Part shown: positions 25,001-34,071 of the stretch, piece after piece
Layout of the letters: each line of letters opens with the position of its first letter
How positions within the stretch are numbered: position 1 is the stretch's first letter
Source: Nemertoderma westbladi
Taxonomy: Eukaryota; Animalia; Xenacoelomorpha
Direction: 5' to 3'
DNA length: 64,000 nt
NCBI GenBank assembly: GCA_032718475.1
Contig: JAUCBJ010007224.1
Location: 1 to 64,000 of the forward strand
Translations under genes and position numbers: made by a program
The notes under the pieces: model-generated
What the model was told of the DNA's origin: nothing
Database searches by the model: none
What the model saw: only the letters and a program-made list of their open reading frames with translations

Positions 25001-26517
25001 CGTACCTTTGTTTAAAACATTCGAAACATTTGAGAGAACCATTGAGCACCAATAGTGAGCGAATTCAGAAATTGAAACAACCTCTGACAGAGGATGAGAT
25101 TGATCAAGCGGAATTAAAGCATTTGAAGCATTATCAAATGTGTGCCTTCCCTAAAGAATTCCATCTATTATCGGCTCAACGACCAGTTCTCTATAAACCC
25201 CTTAGAAAATGGAGTCCATTAATCCATAAGGGTTTAATTTGTCATAGATCGAGAATCCAGACTGTCGACATAAACTCACAGTTTAGGTTCCCAGTGATAA
25301 TCCCTAGTCACCCAATAGAATTGCAAAGGGCGATTCTATGGGATATACACAAGAGGTTGCATCACGCGGGAAAGTTACACTGTTTGTCGGCAGCGAGACA
25401 GCGATTCATTCTATTGCAGCCAAGCAGGGCAGTAGGCACTATGTACGACGCCTGTCTGGTTTGCAAGAGGGTGAACGCCAGAGTATTGGAACAGGAGATG
25501 GCTGAACTCCCGGAAGCGAGAGTGCAGGCATATGACCCACCTTTTACGAACACAGGGGTGGATTGTTTTGGTCCGATTGAAGCAAAGAGTGGACGGCTGA
25601 CCCACAAGCGATGGGGTCTGCTACTGACATGCATGGCTAGTAGAGCCATACACATCGAGCGTGTGGCAGACATGTCGACCAAATCTCTGCTCCTGGCTTT
25701 AAAGAGATTTATGGCCAGGAGAGGACTAGTAAAGGCGTTCTACTCCGATAAGGGTACAAACTTTGTCGGAGGGAATAGCGAGTTGAACGCGGCTCATAAA
25801 GCAGCACAGAATAAGGAAATTTCTGCAGCACTTTTGCCGCAAAGAGTAGAATGGAGATTTAATACTCCAGAAAGTCCTTGGAGAGGAGGAAGTTGGGAGC
25901 GTTTGGTTCGCTCTGTAAAGCAGGCTATTGCCAAAACATTGCCTGTGAACAAACAACTTACCGACGACGAACTGGTTACAGCTTTCATTGAAATCGAGCA
26001 TACCCTAAACTCGAGGCCGATAGCTATGTTGCCAGACGGTGTTGCATTAACGCCGAATCATTTGCTAATGCAGAGTCCAGCATTTCTTGTGCCGGCATCA
26101 GAACCCGTTAGTGCCGACCTATATAGTCGTAAGAGCTGGAAAGTAACACAATTAGTCGCGTACACATTCTGGGAATATTGGCGGGAATACTATCTTCCCA
26201 CCATATCCACCAGAACAAAGTGGTACAAAACGGTTCGGAGTCTCCAAAAGGGAGATTACGTATTGATAACCGAACCCATTGTCAAGAGAAGGTATTGGGA
26301 GACTGGAGTTATCTTGCACACACACCCAGACGTGCAAAACATAGTGCGCACAGTCACTGTGAAAATTAGGTGCAAGTGTCCGCACCCAAAAAAGTGTAAA
26401 ACTAATGGTTTACACACCTTGGACCGACCGGTCCAAGATATTGTGTTATTAGAGGAGACACGTATCGAGACGGGAGATTATAATTTGTCTCCTGCCTCAA
26501 AACAGAATCAGTGTTGA
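19003..26517 (+). CDS. BEL/Pao Gag-Pol polyprotein (2504 aa)
   Basis: E/R/K coiled coil; capsid-like KFMGNHKHWRTF..EKFNYL; BEL triple Zn knuckle (CQYC..H..C, CWACLAPGHVRRQC, CMECGRLHHKLLH); protease LDTAS; RT DIEAMFHQV and FYMDD; RNase H FSDAS, VPRAEL, WTDA, NPAD; integrase HHCC, GVDCFGP, SDKGTNF, GGSWERLV; order PR-RT-RH-IN. Confidence 0.97.
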   Translation: MGAPPARGAQKDTSDQREVTSWLMQNGVVVPGQVLPTTENIQQRTLTPPDDASRDSGDSQVSHARGKVICARSLVSHNSAEERRRRLDEQQAEVLRASEARKEAERERERTRKLDAKLRELEEKGKREQAERERKERELQLEREQKEREQKEYELQLEHERKERELEIEKERWALYEEKARVEEESAARRAREEEERKLAQLESARLSLESEERTRKANEIAEKGMRMIEECGASVGTELRELFALQKAEQEARTPTIRESTTTRIPIPGPAITSTRIVKPFSTYRTPVGISASPIAQDLRHRNAAPLYTERDNGEFREETPTGRVFGEPNPRFWNARTERRPSSTENFRVKPEEGSYERQRITQIEPTIQQNPSQEFITRDELSASLAQAISPHIQPITDMLSNLRLKEAAQVRSNSNPSRPELDKVQPSQRVRISEETIPHRPQVRTPVPNIHNPNFENSAEKFIQEAWVRASARKPSRALRTDTESSDEEEDMRRQKSRNYKERRTDAEQVSWNHRERTRLNNPAELNHLLTRNDATLRDIGKFAARQGLPTQQPQKFMGNHKHWRTFRTYVDEQLTNSTFTPNEKFNYLLQMLHREPRAIADNFVGNERAFELAMKTLSDIYGNKTKMAQSIVEDLGKGGRITTPLELLNLANAISNALDILRTVNLPHHGDHAEVLKSVIRRLNMRYRQKWRKLENKLEGQGKVLTLQHIHDMIATDAVAEMKSNFSEENMRESKPVTGKSMVSFDDDRTTVTYNSVDRYNSSTPAFRSDSRVWSGERLDRPRLKQQELPDGFVGCQYCLLKEVRSDDHKLDSCRRFKELNSEQRRVQVRTLDTCWACLAPGHVRRQCPNSKDGCMECGRLHHKLLHADFHTPTDRYLQRNPHRKGSKEPVSIRRNTYTGIQDDGYQPGSSDEDGESSAREVTCQGFTADSSSTSARTYLSSATSEIFSVIPVKLTGDKGSKRIYVMLDTASTLSYIDEEVARAVSSFQDAEEIQIELKSMHGVGDLKGHRISVELDSLLPRDQHTRQERKALPLDGFKCLAMKGFGRQLGKVPPMSPIAQEYFDKLRIPRHQVGYRNVSMLIGAEQLIAHQIWETRPAEPHVNGPHAHRTILGWYTRVPMSYKFTGGDKPMNRYDELQPITQPPLVKPPDIDEFRRTCIDHYSDFSESDEELIPDNVRLSEPLHNDRTDSEPEDYCYQTRGSGSAAHATYLTNVLTYTDIVEGQVAKYRDLDIFQYSEEELQKELIRQDLETGARTVEWLDRDAMEPGGYDLAMSTDEKRSLEMMEDTIRLLPTGHFEVGMLWRRQPPKLENNYSLALKRLNGVRARLLKNPDIREKYCAQINNYFAKGFAGKVEDPDLVTDQTYYLPHHYVTHPDKPDKVRVVNDCAAVYRGMSLNSELMDGPNLNNYLIGILLRFRQRRFAFTCDIEAMFHQVRACKADQDSLRFLWYENEDLSGPVVTYQMYVRIFGARDSPNGTLFVLKKTATAQIGKYPVEVIESILRNFYMDDGLVSKDTAEKAIEVAHGLQECLATGGFPLTKFTTNSEALLESFPVKDRGSGDIELGVEPIPMARVLGLAWNPNSDKFQVRVRFEPSSPDKVLTKRICLSTLSRLFDPMNFISPVILQARACMRKIWLSDVEWDEPISPIHARQWREWEAELHLLKNIDVPRSYFPNQLVFPADLELHLFSDASDTGFGMVAYLRREVSQDKFETAFVTSRSKTMPVKYMTVPRAELQAAVVSVEVSKQISEELDTTLTLFYWTDASLVLVYIAADNIALKTFVANRRAQIVDFSTKEQWRHCPGVLNPADITSRGAMPAEFCQEESQEFWLHGPDFLTRTQEHWPERLKIVTNPMPEDAEVKVEKVSKSKSKAKLKSLERPEKSLERPEESLERPGDLSDQQTYVTTRSGRVSYDVKPPLQTKPESQLVSDGQKMTDTMDPLVSKPAGLDSKLPLVSGQPSLALESRSVYDKLLNSSASWLTICKRTAWLSRYVSYLCLKHSKHLREPLSTNSERIQKLKQPLTEDEIDQAELKHLKHYQMCAFPKEFHLLSAQRPVLYKPLRKWSPLIHKGLICHRSRIQTVDINSQFRFPVIIPSHPIELQRAILWDIHKRLHHAGKLHCLSAARQRFILLQPSRAVGTMYDACLVCKRVNARVLEQEMAELPEARVQAYDPPFTNTGVDCFGPIEAKSGRLTHKRWGLLLTCMASRAIHIERVADMSTKSLLLALKRFMARRGLVKAFYSDKGTNFVGGNSELNAAHKAAQNKEISAALLPQRVEWRFNTPESPWRGGSWERLVRSVKQAIAKTLPVNKQLTDDELVTAFIEIEHTLNSRPIAMLPDGVALTPNHLLMQSPAFLVPASEPVSADLYSRKSWKVTQLVAYTFWEYWREYYLPTISTRTKWYKTVRSLQKGDYVLITEPIVKRRYWETGVILHTHPDVQNIVRTVTVKIRCKCPHPKKCKTNGLHTLDRPVQDIVLLEETRIETGDYNLSPASKQNQC
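24643..24702 (+). repeat. in-frame 21-bp tandem repeat x3 (KSLERPE)
   Basis: AAGTCATTGGAGCGGCCTGAA repeated in the RNase H-integrase linker. Confidence 0.9.
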
Positions 26518-27273
26518 ACGCAACTCACTTCGTATGCATTCCTCGTATGCAAATACAAGGAGATGCATAGGAGCGGGGTTGTGGTTGATTTGCGTTGAGT
26601 TTTGTCTGGTGGGTATCAAAACAAAATTTTATTTTCAAAATTTTTGGAAAATTAAAAAATTTTAAAAAATTAGAAGTGAACCCAAGACAATTCCAGACGC
26701 TGTGTATAGACGCATTTTGAATTCGTCTATAGATAAACAGTAATTTGAAAAGTCGTGAAGCCTGGAAAATAGCATTTAGAAACCATGGTGACGGCTATAT
26801 TACGTAGGAGTGTAAATTGAGTTTAGCAACTTCCACAGATTGGTGCCAACAGTACAACTAAGGTACTAAAGGTTAGTAGCACCAGAGGCGTACATGGACC
26901 CCACTCAGTAGTTTGCAGGATGTGTGATGTTCGATTATCAAACCTGTGGGTTTGGTATAGTCGAGTATTGTGGCTATAGTCCTTTCTAACTACTGTAGTT
27001 TAGTACGAGTAATGGGAGTAGTTTGGGCATCAAAAAGTGAGTTGGTCACGGCCAGTTTATCTCCAAAGTTTTTGCGCTATGCATGGGAATAGGTTAGAGG
27101 ATAGTTAGTTAGGAAGAGACGGGATCTAGAGAGTCGAACCTGAACTGCTGGAAGGCGGGGGGGGGGTTCGGGAGGTCTGTCCTTCGGCGACATCTAACTG
27201 ATTTACCCACAGTGTAATTGGTTACGTAACGGCACTTATTGGGATATATATATATGTATATACGCGTAACATA

Positions 27274-30200
27274 ATGGAGAGGGATATTAGAGCGCAACCG
27301 CGCAGAGGATTTACTGCCAGAGAGGAGGCGGAGCTACCATTCGCGCGACCGGGATGTAAAGATTCGAACGTTTACTACCATGGGCGGTCCGTGATGGAGC
27401 TGAACGGGAAGTATAAGCCGAGTTATGATAAAGAATTACGGAGAGAAAGAATGAGAGCGTTGGGGGACCGGATGGAAGTCTTGCGGAGAGAGTATCGCAC
27501 GCGGTATCCCTACGACTTTGCTTTGGACGTGTGTGACATTAGCGCAGATCCGGACGAGGAAATCGCACGACTATACCATATGAATATGTATTTACGACAC
27601 GAGGAGCCTCTACCTGCAGTCCGAGACCAGTTTGACGGAATGCATCTGTATCGGAGGACTCGAGGCGAGGATCAGGAGACGCCGAAAGTCTTCAGGGTAT
27701 ACAAGCTCTTCTACAAGTGTGGTGAATGCATGAATAAACAAGACGTGGCGATTCCCGACCGACTAGACGAGCAACATCCGGAACCGATATTAACGCGATG
27801 TCCAGCTCACCAATTCCTTAGATACAACGAGGGAGGTTACCCGATGAGCAACCCGATGATCAGTATCGACTTCAGCGGAAAGCGACCTCCGAGACCCATT
27901 ACGCCGACCGTTACGACATTAGATCCGTATACGGAGATTAAACCCTGTTCGACACCCAGTTTGATAGAGACGGCAGCGGCCATTTCGCTGTACCGAGCCT
28001 ACAAGGATCTAGAGGCGCGGCGCGAAGCGGCGCGGGACTCGGGTACCAAACCCGCGGGTTTGGAGCTCTCGAGTCCCTGGACTGCGTTTACTTCACCTCA
28101 CCGAGTGAGAAGCCTCACGCCTGAGCATCAGGACGACATAGACGCGTTGCGGCAGGAGGAGCGAGCGGCGAAGGCGAAGGAGTTATTCGAGAACAGGATA
28201 GCAGAGTATAATAAGACCGCGGATAGACATCAAGAGGAGACGAGGAGAGTGACCGGATTTGTTCCACAGGTCGTATCTCAACCCGGACCGGTGTATTATT
28301 CCGACGGCACCGAACCTGCGATATTAGTAGATCATCCGGAGTCGCGAGAAGCGATACGATTCTTGCCGATGGTAAGAATGGCGGACCATTGGAACGTTGA
28401 CTGTCTACGGGAAGTTTTATGCGCGAAGTTCTTGCGTGATGTCCCAATGCAGATCACAGATTATGACACCTTGGACAAGATTGGAGCTCCGGGGAAGGAG
28501 AGTAAGTTATTCGGATGGTTGGATAAGTACATCAAGGTATGGGTCGCGGTGGCTACATTCCCAGACGACGAGGAAGTAGACCAGACGTGGCTGAGGAGGA
28601 AGGGTTCTTATACCCGATATGATGACCACAAGGCGATCGAGCGCATGTGGACCCCATCAGATGAGATTCAGCGTCAGTGGAGGAAAACGGAGGAATCACT
28701 GCAGGATTGGAGAGTGATGTTCTACGACAATGAAGGAGGGTCCCATCAGGAATGCTTGACCAGCAAGTGTATTCAAATTCGTGCGGCCGATGGTGTGACT
28801 CATGTGTTTATGCGTGTGAGGGCGGATAGAGAGAGACCGGAGCCCATCATAACGACACAATATCGGAAAGGGAAGGATCCTAGGGAACAGATTTTGGAGG
28901 TATGCAGGCGAGGAGGTATGCACGGAGCGGAGCGTATCGACGCCAGGATGTTACCCAAGAAAGTTAGAGAGGCTATTCTCAACCAAGATTACGTCAAGGT
29001 GGGATCGGGAGTCCAGAGCGATTTGGAGAGCGACTTCAACGCCATGACTGATCTGGAAGATAGATTGCCGAGACCGTTTGTCGACACCAAGCTATTGTTG
29101 CTATGGGCACAGGATATTGGAATTTATAGGGAGTATCCCAACTCTGCCAAGACTGGTATGGGCTTTATAGCACACTTGTTGTATAATTGGGACTTTAAGT
29201 TAAAGACGCAGAAGAAGTATGAGGAGGCGTATGGCGAATACAACACGCCACCGGGAGCGGAGTTCAAATCCCACTTCAAGCGGCAAGCGTTAGTGTATTG
29301 GAACATTTGCGCGCCACCCCGTGCGTCGCTACAATATTATTTGGTGCTTGAGTCGAACACGGTGACTTGTTTATTAGCGGATATCGTTGCGCGAGTTTTG
29401 AAGCGTCATCCATTGGTATTCGGAGGAGATCAATACGTTCGCTCGAAAGGGGGAATCCAATCCGACGTGATGAAGCGTTTCTTAACCCCGTTCTTCAACC
29501 AATCGTTAGAGAATACGTCGATGGTGAGGAGAGGATTAGCGATATTCGAAGGAGTATATCGACAGAACATCGGAGATTTGGGAGACCGACCGTCGATGGA
29601 ATATCCGACGCCAGAAGCTTTGGAGAAGTGGTTCGGGAATCAAACCCGCGGGTTTGGTACTCCCTTCCACTCGGAGGCTGATAGACCTGTTAAGGAGGGC
29701 TGGCCGGAGACGTTAGTAGAGGTGTTCGGAGTAGATCTTCCGGTGGAGAAGACATATCCGAAACGAACGCGGGAGGAAATATTGGAGATAGAGGACAAGG
29801 GCGAGGATGTTTACTTTGTTCCGGATCGACAACCGTTGACCGGAGAGGACGACATCGTATTAGACATTGGGAAGGAAGGAAGTGCGAAACCGATTGGAGA
29901 CCTCATATACGAGAGGGCCTGGTTTCCACAAGCGCGTAGGTGCAAATTGTGCGGCAGCACAAGGCACAATCTAAAGTCGTGCGACGCGGTAATAGAGGCG
30001 GCGCATAAGGTCTGTCGTTGGTGTAATGAGACCGACCATTCGTTTCACACGTGCACCGTCTTCATTTCTCAATGTGGATATTGTGGAGTAAAAGGACACC
30101 GTAGCGCGAGATGTCAGCTGCGAGATGATTCCTTTCAAAACCATAGCGCTAACCTACTTCGGGAGATGTTAGATAAGTGGGAGAGTGTGGCGGATTACCA

Positions 30201-30981
30201 TATTCAAGCGCAGATGCGTTGGTTACCATTTAAAGCGGGATATGGGTTTTGGGCGGTAGACCCATCGCATGTTGCGTACGAGCCATATCTACAATCGCTA
30301 CCACAATATCAGGAGCTCATCCTAACTGCTCAAGACCTTCCACAGAACACTGGAGTTATCGTAGTCCGAGAATACTTCAGACAACTGAACATGGACAATA
30401 AGTACACATGGAACTTCGTTGCTATTTGCGATCGCATCACGAAGGGTGTATTTACGGAGACTAGAAAAGTGGTACGCGCGCGAGGTGATTGGAGGATGGC
30501 GGCTATACAATACCGCAACGAATTCTTGTTGACTCATGTGCCAGTGGGTTCATTGACCGCCGAGAGGATACAGGAACAAAGGATCGCAGCGACCACAGCG
30601 ACGACCGCTGGAGCTCAAGGCTCGCGGAAAGAACCAGGAGGAGGGGTCCAAGACAAGCGTCAAGTCAAGGACGATCACTATCATTCAATTATAGAAGCTC
30701 AACGATTGCAGCGCAAGGCGCAGGGAGCGTCGGAGAAGGCGCGAGCGCAACTGCATAAGGAAGAGTTGGCGGAAGCGACCACGGGAGCGCGACAATTGGG
30801 ACGAGGCCGAGGGAGAAGTTCGAGCCGAGAATCTGTCGGGGCTCAGGGAACATCGTCGCCGGTTCCGGGGAGTGACGCCTCACGGACGCCGTCAACGGAG
30901 TCGACTAGAGGACGACTGGTGTATCTGGGAAGAGGGCGAAAAAGGGGAGCGAGCCCAAAGAACCCAGGAGCGGGTCGATAA
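27274..30981 (+). CDS. accessory ORF of the BEL element: DEDD(y)-type 3'-5' exonuclease domain plus 3 CCHC zinc knuckles (1235 aa)
   Basis: ExoI FYDNE (28720-28734); CIQI; LPKKVREAILNQDYVKVGSGVQSD (ExoII); FVDT; KTGMGFIAHLLYNWDFK; YWN...LQYYLVLE (ExoIII-like). Knuckles CKLCGSTRHNLKSC, CRWCNETDHSFHTC and CGYCGVKGHRSARC at 29941-30114. Basic GRGR-rich tail. Confidence 0.85.
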   Translation: MERDIRAQPRRGFTAREEAELPFARPGCKDSNVYYHGRSVMELNGKYKPSYDKELRRERMRALGDRMEVLRREYRTRYPYDFALDVCDISADPDEEIARLYHMNMYLRHEEPLPAVRDQFDGMHLYRRTRGEDQETPKVFRVYKLFYKCGECMNKQDVAIPDRLDEQHPEPILTRCPAHQFLRYNEGGYPMSNPMISIDFSGKRPPRPITPTVTTLDPYTEIKPCSTPSLIETAAAISLYRAYKDLEARREAARDSGTKPAGLELSSPWTAFTSPHRVRSLTPEHQDDIDALRQEERAAKAKELFENRIAEYNKTADRHQEETRRVTGFVPQVVSQPGPVYYSDGTEPAILVDHPESREAIRFLPMVRMADHWNVDCLREVLCAKFLRDVPMQITDYDTLDKIGAPGKESKLFGWLDKYIKVWVAVATFPDDEEVDQTWLRRKGSYTRYDDHKAIERMWTPSDEIQRQWRKTEESLQDWRVMFYDNEGGSHQECLTSKCIQIRAADGVTHVFMRVRADRERPEPIITTQYRKGKDPREQILEVCRRGGMHGAERIDARMLPKKVREAILNQDYVKVGSGVQSDLESDFNAMTDLEDRLPRPFVDTKLLLLWAQDIGIYREYPNSAKTGMGFIAHLLYNWDFKLKTQKKYEEAYGEYNTPPGAEFKSHFKRQALVYWNICAPPRASLQYYLVLESNTVTCLLADIVARVLKRHPLVFGGDQYVRSKGGIQSDVMKRFLTPFFNQSLENTSMVRRGLAIFEGVYRQNIGDLGDRPSMEYPTPEALEKWFGNQTRGFGTPFHSEADRPVKEGWPETLVEVFGVDLPVEKTYPKRTREEILEIEDKGEDVYFVPDRQPLTGEDDIVLDIGKEGSAKPIGDLIYERAWFPQARRCKLCGSTRHNLKSCDAVIEAAHKVCRWCNETDHSFHTCTVFISQCGYCGVKGHRSARCQLRDDSFQNHSANLLREMLDKWESVADYHIQAQMRWLPFKAGYGFWAVDPSHVAYEPYLQSLPQYQELILTAQDLPQNTGVIVVREYFRQLNMDNKYTWNFVAICDRITKGVFTETRKVVRARGDWRMAAIQYRNEFLLTHVPVGSLTAERIQEQRIAATTATTAGAQGSRKEPGGGVQDKRQVKDDHYHSIIEAQRLQRKAQGASEKARAQLHKEELAEATTGARQLGRGRGRSSSRESVGAQGTSSPVPGSDASRTPSTESTRGRLVYLGRGRKRGASPKNPGAGR

Positions 30982-31468
30982 TACATTATGGCACAGGGCG
31001 ACAGACTCTAGATATATACATCATCGTCGCTCTGATGTATATTGTAGCATTTGAAAATCTTCGACTAGACTCATATACACTAGTTGAGTTATTTGAATTT
31101 ATATTATGAAAGAGGCGAAGGAAGTGATTGGGGAGACAAACCTGCGGGTTTGGCTTACTCCTTTCACTTGCCCTAGCAAAATTTTTTATATATTTGATTT
31201 TGTATGTAGTAATCATTATGTAGAATGAACGAGAAACAATATTTTGTAAATTTAATTTGTATGTAATAATCGTTAAATAATGAGAGAGATAATATTTGTA
31301 AATTTAATTTGTATGTAATTCATTATGCAATATCTATGGCAATATTTGTAAATAGTAGAATTATTATGTTATTTAGATTGGTTGGAAGAAATTTATTTTG
31401 TTTTGTATACATCACCTTATACTCTTCTACAATTGGAGGGAAACATAATATGATTTCCCTTGGAGCGG

Positions 31469-33677
31469 TGTTACGGTATATGGCGCTGTATCCACATTAT
31501 TAGTCGTTATACTGTATCCACAGTATTAGTCCGTTATGCAGTATGCAATATTAGTCCGTTATACTGTACGTAATATTAGTCCGTTGTGCAATATAATTAT
31601 TTAGATAAGGCGCAGTGTGGTGACATTTAGGTAAGGAAGTTAAAACGCCCATATATTTTGCATCCATTCATTTTGTATAGTATGTAGCCCTACCTACGTA
31701 ATTTTGTATTAGGATATATGTAGATAGTTCCAGGGTAGCGAGTTTACTCGGACCCTGGATTTTGTGCTTGCTGATATTAGTTTGATAGGGCTAGCATATA
31801 GGGACGCTGTCCTGGCCATTCAGCAGCCAGAGACGTGATCCATTACCATATATGGTAATAATTTGAGGGCATAGGGCTACAATCCGGCCTCCTTATTGGA
31901 TTAACTGCTTCCAGGTTGGTCTAATGCTAGCATGGACTGGAGAGCCAATAGGAGAGCGATTGAGTCACCCTATTGCATCATCCCACCCGGATCACCTATA
32001 AATTGGCGGTGTGCCGGTAGAGCCTTACAACTCAACCAACATCGATCTGTTCAACCTGTTACGTTACAATTTACTTGCTGAGCTGTCTCTAATTTGTATT
32101 AGGATATCGTACTTTCTGCAATTTGCTAATTTGATTAATTTCGTGAGATGATTTGCTAGTGCGATTACTTTGCTTGTGTTTCTCAATAATTCCTTCGATT
32201 ACTGCAAATTACAATCGAACTATGATTTCTACCTTTGATTGATGGTTCTATGTGATTCTTTTCTGCGCAATAATCCCAAGGGATTCCTGAGACTGTCAGA
32301 CTTTGTGATTTGCATGCGCCGCTACGGTAGCTATTAGCGTAATGGAGGGCTAAGGCGCCAGCGGGCGGTGGGCACATCGGGGGGTTGGGCGACTAAGGGA
32401 GAGCGGAGGATTCAAAGCGAGCAACGCTGGCGTGGGGTCACCGTTGCGGTCGGGAAGTTAACGTTGTGGTACGCAGACCAATCGCCGGTACAGTAGTTAG
32501 GGGGCTGATGATCCAGGTTTCGTCTCTATTTAGTATTAGGGGGGCGGGAATCAGGTTAGTTAGGAGTCCTATATGTACCCGGGAGAGGCCTGCACGTATC
32601 AAAACGTTTCGAGCGTTGAGCGTATAGTACGAATAGTGAGTCGCATAATTGTGGGCTATACAGTAGTTAACTGCATAATTGCGAACTGTGATTGCTGACG
32701 CTGATTGGTGTGTTACTGAAGTGTGCCTATGATTGTGAATGTTTAGGTAGGCGCTCTTTTCTCTTTGATTGATTTCTATTTCTTAGTTACAATAATTAGT
32801 TACTGATTAGGTCAAAGTAATATGGCAATTTAGGCTATTACTAGCGAAACCTGTTGCGTGATAAATTAGAATTACGTATTCTGGAACTCTTAGTAATTAG
32901 TACGCTGTTAAATATTTGTGACTGTAATTGATTAGCAAAATTAAGAATTAGTACGCAGCATAGCGGAGAGTAGCTAAAGTAATAATTAAAGTACTGTAAA
33001 CTATTCACGCTAAGCGGTTATTTGTATTAGCGGGCAATCAGCTAGAACGCACTATTCGGCACGCACGAAACGCTAGTGATTTGCTGGCCTAAAGCCAGCT
33101 GCAGGCAATTTTAGACCCGGAGTGGTACTATCCACGAGAGACAATTACTGTACCATTTTTGATATTTAAATATTCTCGCATTCACACATTACGTTAGAGA
33201 AACCCCAGTATTCGCGATTAGAAAGACGTAGGTAATAGCGTGCTTTAATAAGTGATAGAATTAGGCGTAAGAATACTCTGAGTGCAAGGCCTCTCGCACT
33301 CGTCTTAAGTAAGCTTAGGGAGCCGACTCGGGTTTATTGTTTTGGTTATTCCTGCGTGGCTCATAGATTCGAACAGTTAGCTCTCTATTGAGCAATCGGT
33401 AGAGAAAGGAACAAGCGATTTTGCAGGAGTTGTGTAAATTTAGTAAATATATTAGCGGACGGCAGATTAGCGCCATCTAACGGTAAGTAGCGGTTTTGTA
33501 TTTAGCAACCCTTACAATTTAGTAATATCACGCTCCTGAGCCCCTTTACTTAACAGTAGAGCAGTCTTTGTGTCTTATTGGTTAGACGAGAACTTATTAG
33601 GTTGGCAGAAGGATATTAACGGGTATTGGTCTGTTCAACAGTTCTGCTGTTAGTATAGAGGTCGCGGTTGTTTATCA
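31469..33677 (+). repeat. 3' LTR (2209 bp)
   Basis: Direct repeat of 13638-15846, followed by the TSD ACAGT. Confidence 0.97.
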
Positions 33678-34071
33678 ACAGTATTCACAATAAATGCAAT
33701 ATAAATGCTACTTATATGTCATTAATAACAGTATTATATTACCTATTAAATTATATTTTTGTTATTTTCGGGTTTTAGGACTATAATAAGGAAAAAACAA
33801 CATGCATGTACACATTTATATTATTATATTATCAAATTAATATATTTATATGACATTTATTAGAGGCGATTTATAATTTCATCATATTGCTGTGACACAC
33901 CTACAATAAATTATTCTGACACATAGATTGCCTATTAATATAAATAAATATTGACAATTGTAATCAGGAGATATATAATTAAAGTATTAAAATTTCCATA
34001 GATTTTCTAGTATATTATATTTATTATTGTTTTTTAGGGACAATGAGATCAGGTCGGGTTGGTTCTATTAA

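Larger units (their letters stand above)
13638..33677 (+). mobile_element. full-length BEL/Pao LTR retrotransposon, 20,040 bp
   Basis: Two 2209-bp LTRs (TGTTAC...TTATCA); ACAGT TSD at 13633-13637 and 33678-33682; uninterrupted gag-pol with BEL signatures. Confidence 0.97.

Noticed and set aside
19467-30895. Many short antisense or alternate-frame ORFs within the BEL ORFs
   Set aside because: Shadow ORFs of long coding sequence with no protein features.
27274-30981. Envelope gene
   Set aside because: No evident signal peptide, transmembrane anchor or glycoprotein-like Cys pattern; nuclease and knuckle motifs are present instead.
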